From IMG/VR virus record IMGVR_UViG_3300027566_000356, positions 1-38,246 of that record: DNA of 38,246 nucleotides; one strand, written 5' to 3'. The notes beneath the pieces were generated by a model, which was not told the origin of the DNA, ran no database searches, and was given only the letters and a program-made list of their open reading frames with translations. Below, one piece after another: positions 1 to 7,321 of this stretch (position 1 is its first letter; each line of letters starts with the position of its first letter). The DNA is from a virus (lineage: Duplodnaviria; Caudoviricetes). The position numbers and the translations under genes are program-made.

Positions 1-225
1 TCATTTTTAGAGATTCGGCGCGATGCTGAACACCAACCTAATACTAAAAATGAACCAGGTAGACCGGGATGGGTAAATTATACTATGGCAAAATATACTG
101 AATGGCATTATTACCGTTATGGTGGAGATTTTACGCCGAGTGTTGACCAAATGAAAAAATGGACAAACATGATTATCGATACTACGGTTAGAATTGCCAT
201 AAAAAATGGTGCAATGTATTGGTAA
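1..225 (+). CDS. 3' end of a probable phage late transcriptional activator (ArpU/RinA-like position), truncated by the window edge
   Basis: Open frame 1 translated by hand (SFLEIRRDAEHQP...GRPGWVNYTMAKY...WTNMIIDTTVRIAIKNGAMYW*, TAA 223-225). It lies immediately upstream of a TATAAT and the packaging genes. Function is inferred from position and helical C-terminus. Confidence 0.5.
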   Translation, partial: SFLEIRRDAEHQPNTKNEPGRPGWVNYTMAKYTEWHYYRYGGDFTPSVDQMKKWTNMIIDTTVRIAIKNGAMYW

Positions 226-290
226 AAATAGTTTTAGTGTCACCAATAATACCGTTTTTATGTAATATAATACAAATATCGAAAGTTCGG

Positions 291-372
291 GCAGTCGTTA
301 TATGGACGGCTATTTTTTTATGATTAAATACAGATGTTTCAGCCACTTGCCATTAGGTAGGTGGCTTTTCTT
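291..372 (+). terminator. Two tandem terminator-like hairpins in the late leader
   Basis: AGTCGT-tatatgg-ACGGCT-ATTTTTTT (293-319) and AGCCACTTGCC-atta-GGTAGGTGGCT-TTTCTT (341-372). Confidence 0.55.
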
Positions 373-378
373 GTTTAG

Positions 379-1857
379 GTGGTGATGGTTGTGGATATTA
401 AAAATATTAGCATGGATGATTTTGAAAAGCTTAGTCCTGCAGATCAAAAAGAATTTCTTTTGATTGCTGAGAAATTGGCGAAACAGCAGGAAATAGATAA
501 GATGTTTTTGCCACAACCGGGGCCGCAGACGGAGTTTATGAATAGTACCGCTGATGTAACTATATACGGTGGCGCGGCTGGCGGAGGTAAGTCGTACGCC
601 ATTTTATTATCTTGCTTAAAAGACATAGATAATCCTAGATATGGTGCTGTAATATTCCGTAGAACGTCCACGCAAATCACTGGTGAGGGCGGCCTTTGGG
701 ACGAAGCTACTAGCCTGTATAAGCATAAAGGCGGAGTTGGAGTTCAATCGCCAAGACTTACAATTAAATTTCCTAAAGGCTCTAAAATAACATTTGCACA
801 CCTTCAATACACTGATACTGTGCAAGATTGGGACGGTACGCAAATTGCTGTTATCGCCTTTGACGAACTTTGTCACTTTGAACGTAGTCAATTTATGTAT
901 ATGGCCAGTAGAAATAGAAGTTCATCGGGAGTGAGAAATCGTATTATTGCAAGTTGCAATCCAGATGCTGATAGTTTTGTTGCAGATTTAATAAAATGGT
1001 ATATTGATGACGAAGGTTTTCCGATAAAAGAACGATCTGGTAAAATGAGATACTACGTTGTTCTTAACGATGAATTCAAGTGGGGAAATAGTCGTGAAGA
1101 AGTTGTTGAACTATATGGCGTTAAACCAACAATTGTAAAATCGTTTACCTTTATAGCGTCCAGTGTTTATGATAATCCGATTATGATGGAAAAAAATCCA
1201 CAATATGAGGCGAATTTAAACGCACAAGGAACGGTTCAAAAAGGACGACTACTGCACGGCAATTGGAAAATCAAGCCATCTGCTGGTATGTACTTCCCTA
1301 AAGCTAAGGCTCAAATAGTGCCGACTATTCCTGGGAAAATAGTTAGACTAGTTCGCGCTTATGATCTCGCCGCATCTACCCCAAGCCCGACATATCCAGA
1401 CCCCGATGCTACTTCTGGGTTACTATTAGGGAAACTTAAAGACGGAAGATATATTATACTAGACCTACTCCATGGAAAGTGGATTTCTAGCGATGTTAGG
1501 CAGAAGGTTCTTGGTACGGCAAAAAAAGATAAAGAAAAATATGGTAGAGTTGTAATAAGATTACCAGTTGACCCGGGAGCTGCGGGCAAAGACGTTGCCG
1601 AATCGTACTCTAAAATGTTATCTGGGTATGTTGTGAAAACAAAACGTGTAAGCGGAGACAAGGTTTCTCGCGCTGAACCAGCGGCTAGTGCTTGGCAAAA
1701 TGGTATAATTTTAATTTTGCAGGCAGATTGGAACGATAATCTGATTAATGAACTTGATGCTTTTTGCGACGGTAAGCATGATGATATACCCGACAGTTTA
1801 TCGGACGCGTATTCTGAATTGCAAACTGGAAGAAGTTGGGCTGGAGTATGCTCTTGA
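379..1857 (+). CDS. terL: Terminase large subunit (Terminase_6-type ATPase + RNase H-like nuclease)
   Basis: Q-motif PQPGPQ, Walker A GGAAGGGKS, Walker B IAFDE, coupling motif ASCNP, nuclease acidic residues AYDLA and HDDIPD. The exact start may be 385 or 391. Confidence 0.95.
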   Translation: MVMVVDIKNISMDDFEKLSPADQKEFLLIAEKLAKQQEIDKMFLPQPGPQTEFMNSTADVTIYGGAAGGGKSYAILLSCLKDIDNPRYGAVIFRRTSTQITGEGGLWDEATSLYKHKGGVGVQSPRLTIKFPKGSKITFAHLQYTDTVQDWDGTQIAVIAFDELCHFERSQFMYMASRNRSSSGVRNRIIASCNPDADSFVADLIKWYIDDEGFPIKERSGKMRYYVVLNDEFKWGNSREEVVELYGVKPTIVKSFTFIASSVYDNPIMMEKNPQYEANLNAQGTVQKGRLLHGNWKIKPSAGMYFPKAKAQIVPTIPGKIVRLVRAYDLAASTPSPTYPDPDATSGLLLGKLKDGRYIILDLLHGKWISSDVRQKVLGTAKKDKEKYGRVVIRLPVDPGAAGKDVAESYSKMLSGYVVKTKRVSGDKVSRAEPAASAWQNGIILILQADWNDNLINELDAFCDGKHDDIPDSLSDAYSELQTGRSWAGVCS

Positions 1858-1859
1858 AC

Positions 1860-1899
1860 TCATAAAATCGTTGATAATTCAACGATTTTATGATATAAT
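1860..1899 (+). promoter_or_regulatory. Sigma-A promoter of the endonuclease gene, overlapped by a perfect 15-bp inverted repeat
   Basis: TTGATA (1871-1876), 17 nt, TATAAT (1894-1899). Palindrome TCATAAAATCGTTGA-taat-TCAACGATTTTATGA at 1860-1893. Confidence 0.7.
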
Positions 1900-1903
1900 A
1901 AAT

Positions 1904-2012
1904 TGTGAGATAGCCACGGAGTAATTAACCGTCGCGACAAGATGTTCCGAGCATCTTCTCACATTAAAACAACTTAATACTCGGAACAAATAACTACTTT
2001 ATCGGAGGGTGG
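1904..2012 (+). ncRNA. Candidate structured cis-regulatory leader RNA (multi-stem, with loops complementary to downstream sites)
   Basis: Closing stem TGTGAGA 1904-1910 / TCTCACA 1957-1963. Hairpins ACGG-agtaattaa-CCGT and AGATGT-tccga-GCATCT. TGTTCCGAG 1943-1951 is complementary to CTCGGAACA 1980-1988. Confidence 0.5.
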
Positions 2013-2020
2013 TATTAATT

Positions 2021-3286
2021 ATGTCTGAAAATGATATTATAACTAAAATTTGCAATAAGTGCGGAGAAACAAAACTCGCAACAAAAGAGTTTTTTAATCG
2101 TGCGAGTGATTATAAAGACGGTTTTAAAAGTCAGTGCAAATTATGCACTTCGGAAGTTCAGAGGTCGAGATATTACAAACAAAAGAATGTTAAGCCGACT
2201 GTTGAATTTAAAATATGCACTTGTTGCGGAATTGAAAAACCTGCAAATAATGAATATTTTTACAATAAACCTAATTATACCGATGGATTAAATAGTCAAT
2301 GTAAAGACTGTATTAGTAGGAATGAAGAATCCATAAGAGTAAAAAATAATTTATTGCTATATGGAAAAGAAAAACTTCGCAAATATAGAACGGAAGATGA
2401 TTTCATGCATGAAGTTTTTGGTTTAGTTGGTGACGAATTTTCTGTTTTGAGTGAGTTTGTAGCAGTTAAAGTTAAGGTTAAATTTTTACATAACAAATGC
2501 GGTACTGAATTTAATATGAATCCTAGTGATTTTTTATTAGGTCAACGTTGTCCTAAATGTGCTGGTACAATGAAAAAGTCTCACGATGAATTTGTTAAAG
2601 AAGTATTTGACGCCGTTGGCGATGAATATGAAATATTGAGTACATATGTAAATAGCGCTACTAAGGTGAAGTTCAAACATAAAAAATGTAACAAAATTTT
2701 CAATATGGCTCCTAATAACTTTACTTCTCAGAATCAGCGATGCCCGCATTGTAATGGTAAAAAATTAAGAACGCAAAACGAATTTGAAGAAGAAGTTTTT
2801 AAGCTGGTTGGAAGTGAATATAAAATATTAGGGAAATATGTTAACAAAGACACTAAGGTTGAATTTTACCATGTTGATTGTGGAAGAAAGTTTGACATGA
2901 GGGCTAATAATTTTATAAGGGGGCAACGATGCCCACACTGCAATGAATCTAAAGGCGAAAAGGCAATAGGAGAATATCTAAATTGTAACGGCATAAAATT
3001 CAAGAGAGAATATAGATTCAAAGACTGCAGAAATAAAAAGACGTTGCCGTTTGATTTTGCGGTGTTTATAAATAAAAAACTCCAAGTGTTGGTTGAGTAC
3101 GATGGTAGACAGCATTTTGAAGCTATTGATTGGTTTGGTGGAGAAAAATCTTTAAAATATCTCCAAAATAACGATGAAATTAAGAATAATTATTGCAGAG
3201 AAAACAATATCCCTTTAATTAGAATACCATATACGGTAAAAAACATTGTAGAGTTTTTGGACAACCAATTTAAAAACGTAATATAA
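2021..3286 (+). CDS. Free-standing homing endonuclease-like protein: Zn-ribbon repeats + C-terminal Vsr/DUF559-like PD-(D/E)xK nuclease
   Basis: Two KICxxC repeats; three ~60-aa H..C...F.M.P..F..GQRCPxC repeats; C-terminal SKGE...PFDF...VEYDGRQHF...LIRIPY. Inserted between terL and portal. RBS GGAGGGTGG precedes ATG 2021. Confidence 0.8.
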   Translation: MSENDIITKICNKCGETKLATKEFFNRASDYKDGFKSQCKLCTSEVQRSRYYKQKNVKPTVEFKICTCCGIEKPANNEYFYNKPNYTDGLNSQCKDCISRNEESIRVKNNLLLYGKEKLRKYRTEDDFMHEVFGLVGDEFSVLSEFVAVKVKVKFLHNKCGTEFNMNPSDFLLGQRCPKCAGTMKKSHDEFVKEVFDAVGDEYEILSTYVNSATKVKFKHKKCNKIFNMAPNNFTSQNQRCPHCNGKKLRTQNEFEEEVFKLVGSEYKILGKYVNKDTKVEFYHVDCGRKFDMRANNFIRGQRCPHCNESKGEKAIGEYLNCNGIKFKREYRFKDCRNKKTLPFDFAVFINKKLQVLVEYDGRQHFEAIDWFGGEKSLKYLQNNDEIKNNYCRENNIPLIRIPYTVKNIVEFLDNQFKNVI

Positions 3287-3296
3287 AATATAGAAA

Positions 3297-3327
3297 AGCA
3301 CTTGCTATTTGGCAGGTGCTTTTCTTA
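3297..3327 (+). terminator. Terminator-like hairpin after the endonuclease gene
   Basis: AGCACTTGCT-attt-GGCAGGTGCT-TTTCTT. Confidence 0.6.
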
Positions 3328-3343
3328 TTTAGGTGGTGATTAA

Positions 3344-4786
3344 ATGTCAAGAAAACGCAACAAACAATCTGTTCCAACACAACCGAAGAAAAAGAGTTCA
3401 TTCCGCACAGACGGATTTTCAAACTCGGTAATTGGTCATGGCACTAAACATGATCAATATTCAAACTTTGCATTTGCAATTCAACCTAAAATGTCTGACC
3501 AAACAATGATAAATATGTATGAGTCGCTTGCTTTGTGCGCTAAGATCATAGACTTGCCAGCCAATGAAGCGGTTAAACATGGCGTTACCATTGAAGGTGA
3601 CAAGCAGGGATTCGCTAAAAAAATGCTTGATGAATTGGATGCCGATTGTGTATTGGCTGATGCGTTAAGGTGGTCAAGATTGCTTGGAGGGAGTGCAATC
3701 TTATTAATTGCAGAAGATGGCGGTACTCTTGAAGATGAATTATCGGAAGAAACATTATTGAAAATACATCAACTAAGGGTTTACGATAAGTCGCAAATTT
3801 TCTATGATGATATTTTATGTTATGACGATCCGTCCGATTGCCGTTATGGGAAACCTATGTACTATCAGATAAATCCAATTGGTGGCAATCCTTTCTATGT
3901 GCATGAAAGTCGATTGTTATTGTTTACTGGTGACCCATTGCCAGACATAAGGCGAGTAGCTAACCAGGGATGGGGAAAACGTGCATTAGATGGAATGACC
4001 GATGAAATAGTTAACAATCAACATTCTTATCAGCTTGCCATTAAGGTGTTTGAAAGGATGTCCCAAGGCGTGTTGATGCTGTCGGGGATGCTTGATGTTC
4101 TGAGCGAAGAAAATGGTGAGGATCAAATTAAAAAGCGGCTTGAACTCATAGACATGGCAAGAAGTGTACTAAATACAATAGCTATTGATGCTGATGATAA
4201 ATACGATATTAAAAGCATATCAATGTCTGCTATTCCCGACCTGTTGGATCGCTTTGGTTACTCGCTTAGTGCTACGTGTTCAATACCAGCAGTAATTTTA
4301 TATGGTCACAACCCTAAAGGCGCAGGTCTTGCGCAATCAGGAGGCACTGACCTAGAAAATTGGTATAACTTTGTTTCTCAAATAAGAAATAGACAATTAA
4401 GAAGACCACAAACTAAATTAATTCGCTTGTTGATGTTGTGCAAAAATGGTCTATTTAAAGGCAAGGAATTAGAAAATTGGTCATTAACATTTAATCCTTT
4501 ATGGAACCCTTCGGAAACTGAACAGGCACAATCTAAGAAAGATAATAGTCAAGCCAACCTATACGATGCCCAAGCAGAAGTACTACGCATACAAAATAAA
4601 GTTCTTAGCGTTGCGGAGTGCCAACGTCAACAAGGTCTTACTGCTGATGAAATAACGGCAATTGACAAAGAAAAGGAAAACGAAGCCGAACAGTTGCAAG
4701 CAGATATCTTGGGACATAGTTTTGGTGATGTTACCGCAAAGAGTACGGCAACACAACCTGCTAAATTGTCAGATACCGTGAAGTAA
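3344..4786 (+). CDS. Portal protein (DUF1073 family)
   Basis: Position after terL. Motifs DGFSN, KIIDLPA.EA, A..WSRL.GG, VHESRL, IPA..L.G, D.ENWY, FNPLW are typical of DUF1073 portals. Confidence 0.88.
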   Translation: MSRKRNKQSVPTQPKKKSSFRTDGFSNSVIGHGTKHDQYSNFAFAIQPKMSDQTMINMYESLALCAKIIDLPANEAVKHGVTIEGDKQGFAKKMLDELDADCVLADALRWSRLLGGSAILLIAEDGGTLEDELSEETLLKIHQLRVYDKSQIFYDDILCYDDPSDCRYGKPMYYQINPIGGNPFYVHESRLLLFTGDPLPDIRRVANQGWGKRALDGMTDEIVNNQHSYQLAIKVFERMSQGVLMLSGMLDVLSEENGEDQIKKRLELIDMARSVLNTIAIDADDKYDIKSISMSAIPDLLDRFGYSLSATCSIPAVILYGHNPKGAGLAQSGGTDLENWYNFVSQIRNRQLRRPQTKLIRLLMLCKNGLFKGKELENWSLTFNPLWNPSETEQAQSKKDNSQANLYDAQAEVLRIQNKVLSVAECQRQQGLTADEITAIDKEKENEAEQLQADILGHSFGDVTAKSTATQPAKLSDTVK

Positions 4787-4798
4787 GGAAGTGGTTTA

Positions 4799-4942
4799 AT
4801 GGCTAGTCAAGATCAAAAGCCATGCCATGAGTGCATATATAATTTCCAACGAGAATTATGTTATAGCTGTGAACAGTATGAATTAGCTTGCAAAAACCAT
4901 AATAAACGTCCTGTGCGGAAATGGCATTGGAGGTTTTGGTAA
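4799..4942 (+). CDS. Small Cys-rich (CxxC...CxxC) protein, 47 aa, not in the ORF track
   Basis: MASQDQKPCHECIYNFQRELCYSCEQYELACKNHNKRPVRKWHWRFW*. RBS AAGGAAG upstream; the stop overlaps the next start (TAATG). Confidence 0.6.
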   Translation: MASQDQKPCHECIYNFQRELCYSCEQYELACKNHNKRPVRKWHWRFW

Positions 4943-6114
4943 TGGATGAAGAGCAACTACAATCCGAATACACCGCACAACTCCAACAACTAGACACCAA
5001 AACAAAATTACTAATCTTAGCCTACCTGCTATACATTCGCAAACACGCCATTAAAAGCGAATTTGTAACAAGCCAATCACATTCCATAGCAATAGCTACA
5101 AAGACGCTTAAAGATGGCATTACGGCACTAATATCACAAGGCATGGACAACTCAATCAACGTTGCTGAACGACTTGCAAAAATGCAATTCAACACTAATC
5201 TGTTATCACCAACGTTAACGTCAATCGACAAAGAAAAAATCATCTATTCAATATTACTTAAGAGTTGGTCTGATGGCTTGGTGGTTGCTGACAGAATAGC
5301 CCTACTAACTAACAAAATGAAACGGATTGCTGAAAACATTATCTTACAATCTCAAATAGCTGGTCTATCCGCTAGTGAAACGGCAAGCAAGCTAGAAGAA
5401 CACTTTGTTAGTGGTGGTATGGAACAGAGGGCGATGTTGCGGTTGACAACCCATACTATTAACATGGTGAAAGAGTTGACGATGGCTACTATTGCCAAGA
5501 AGTCTGATGATGTGATTGGAATTAGAATTGTTCGCGGTATGTACGGCAACATGAGCGAGAAGTGCCCGATATGTTTTGAGCATGGTTCACTGACGTATAA
5601 AGAGTATTTTAAGAGTGGATACGGTGGTAGTGATGATGACTTAATGGTAATGGTTTCCCAGCCGCCTTTTCATTCTCGATGTGCTTGTGGCGTAGAATTT
5701 ATTTTTAATAATAACTTGTTAGTTTCTGTAAGTGGTGCTACAATTAGCATAAAAGAGTATAATTATCAACGTAAGCAAGAACCTATCTTATATGAACAAA
5801 TTAGGAATAATCACAACGATGTTGTTGATATATCCAAAGCGGTTAATTGGAAAGAAGAAGCTATTCGAAAAATAAAGGATCATGTATTTTTTAATGAACA
5901 TGATTTAATAGGTAGAATAGGAAGATTCGACCCGGATTATGAAATGGCTCAAGCATGGTTACGTTTAGCAAGCGGAAAGTATAATGATGCAGATTTTCTT
6001 TTGCTGAAACATGAGTATCTAGAGCTTACAATAATGAATAAGCAGGGTAAAAGCCAACCAGAGTCACATCAATTAGCTGAGAAACTTCATAATTGGAGAA
6101 AAGCTATTGAATAA
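4942..6114 (+). CDS. MuF/SPP1 gp7-like minor head protein with a ~120-aa C-terminal extension (putative toxin domain)
   Basis: Directly after portal. MuF signature CPIC...PPFHSRCAC, then extension IKDHVFFNEH...RFDPDYEMAQAWLRL...LLKHEYLE...H. Start moved to ATG 4942 (RBS GGAGG 4929-4933). Confidence 0.78.
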   Translation: MDEEQLQSEYTAQLQQLDTKTKLLILAYLLYIRKHAIKSEFVTSQSHSIAIATKTLKDGITALISQGMDNSINVAERLAKMQFNTNLLSPTLTSIDKEKIIYSILLKSWSDGLVVADRIALLTNKMKRIAENIILQSQIAGLSASETASKLEEHFVSGGMEQRAMLRLTTHTINMVKELTMATIAKKSDDVIGIRIVRGMYGNMSEKCPICFEHGSLTYKEYFKSGYGGSDDDLMVMVSQPPFHSRCACGVEFIFNNNLLVSVSGATISIKEYNYQRKQEPILYEQIRNNHNDVVDISKAVNWKEEAIRKIKDHVFFNEHDLIGRIGRFDPDYEMAQAWLRLASGKYNDADFLLLKHEYLELTIMNKQGKSQPESHQLAEKLHNWRKAIE

Positions 6115-6126
6115 GGAGGTCGGAAC

Positions 6127-6363
6127 ATGTTTTTAATAAAAAAAACAGAAGACGACAAACAAATCATATGTTATTATGGTGATACAAATAATATTGAAGA
6201 TATGGGATTGATCCTTTATGATAAAGTAGCAGAATGTTTTTCAAAAATTAAAACTGAAAAAGAAGGCACAAGATATGTTTTTGATGCTTCAGCAAGAAAA
6301 TTAACAGGTTTTATAATGGATAATCAAGAGATACCGAAAGAAATATATTGGGTAACTCATTAA
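6127..6363 (+). CDS. Small protein, candidate immunity protein for the MuF C-terminal domain
   Basis: 78 aa, strong RBS AAGGAGGT, 12 nt after the MuF stop, followed by a terminator. Confidence 0.55.
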   Translation: MFLIKKTEDDKQIICYYGDTNNIEDMGLILYDKVAECFSKIKTEKEGTRYVFDASARKLTGFIMDNQEIPKEIYWVTH

Positions 6364-6365
6364 CT

Positions 6366-6398
6366 AACCGCCAAGCGTAAATGCAAGGCGGTTTTTTT
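6366..6398 (+). terminator. Rho-independent terminator
   Basis: AACCGCC...GGCGGTT followed by a T tract. Confidence 0.7.
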
Positions 6399-6431
6399 AT
6401 GCCCAAATTCAATATGAAAGGATTTCTAACA

Positions 6432-6662
6432 ATGGGTAAATATAAAGAATTTGATATTCTCCATGACTTGCAATCAATCCCCAATACGGAGCAAGCAATG
6501 TTGATTCGTGTTGATAGCAAAGATGGGATTGTTCACCGAACTGGCAGTGTTAAATTATCAGTGATATTTAAAATTTCATATTGGATGATAAAAAGAAAAT
6601 TAAATATTTACAAATGCAGATTATTTGTTTTGCTAAAAGTTAAAAGGTATTACTTTGATTGA
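6432..6662 (+). CDS. Hypothetical protein
   Basis: ORF track 6381-6662; likelier start MGKYKEF at 6432 after GAAAGGA. Stop overlaps the next ORF. Confidence 0.4.
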   Translation: MGKYKEFDILHDLQSIPNTEQAMLIRVDSKDGIVHRTGSVKLSVIFKISYWMIKRKLNIYKCRLFVLLKVKRYYFD

Positions 6663-7057
6663 AAGGATTGATTAACGTGCAACCAACTATAGGGAATTTC
6701 GATTCAAATAATCAACCAAAATGTGAACGACCACCACTAGGCATACTCCCAAAATACATCTGGCTAGACCACAGAAAAACTGATCTTGAAAATGCTATTA
6801 ATCGGAGATTTGAAGCGGGATTAAAAGTTCCTGTTGAATGGATCGAGGAATATAACGAACTTGCTAATGGTGCGACTGGTGGAGTGGTTGGTAAATCTGA
6901 TATTGTTGTAAATCTTCAATGTGATCCTGATACATTTAATAATGAGATTTTAAAGATAGTTAATGAGAACATGATTAACGAACTTAAAAACGCATTAAAA
7001 AGCGATTCTTCTTGGAGAGATGAAATCAGGAATATTACAAAGCGTGATCATTTATGA
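6659..7057 (+). CDS. Hypothetical phage protein
   Basis: 132-aa ORF containing RPPLGILPKYIW...PVEWIEEYNEL; start uncertain. Confidence 0.55.
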   Translation: MKGLINVQPTIGNFDSNNQPKCERPPLGILPKYIWLDHRKTDLENAINRRFEAGLKVPVEWIEEYNELANGATGGVVGKSDIVVNLQCDPDTFNNEILKIVNENMINELKNALKSDSSWRDEIRNITKRDHL

Positions 7058-7218
7058 TAAAAGGAAATTTTACTCCAATAAAACCACCGCGACCGCCAAA
7101 ATCTACACCTAATACTGATTATCAACTTTGTGTACAGACATTAATTGATATAATTACGCTTTCCAATAACGATATGGCAAAGATTGAGGCTTGCAAGGTT
7201 TTACTTAGTATCGTATAA
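7054..7218 (+). CDS. Small hypothetical protein, 54 aa, not in the ORF track
   Basis: ATGA overlap with the previous stop; MIKGNFTPIKPPRPPKSTPNTDYQLCVQTLIDII...KVLLSIV*. Confidence 0.5.
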   Translation: MIKGNFTPIKPPRPPKSTPNTDYQLCVQTLIDIITLSNNDMAKIEACKVLLSIV

Positions 7219-7264
7219 GGAGGTGATCATCAATGCTAAAACATCCTCAATAATCTCTAACTAA

Positions 7265-7292
7265 CGACTATCAAACGGTAGTCGCTTTTCTT
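7265..7292 (+). terminator. Terminator-like hairpin before the protease gene
   Basis: CGACTATC-aaac-GGTAGTCG-CTTTTCTT. Confidence 0.6.
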
Positions 7293-7321
7293 ATGTCTAA
7301 AAATCGGTACTTGGTTAGGAG

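Noticed and set aside
1858-3343. Group I intron or intein hosting the endonuclease
   Set aside because: terL and portal are each complete and uninterrupted, and the endonuclease has its own promoter and terminator.
3344-4786. Possible anti-CBASS (Acb1) label sometimes attached to DUF1073 proteins
   Set aside because: No HxT/HxS 2H-phosphoesterase domain is visible; size and position indicate a plain portal.
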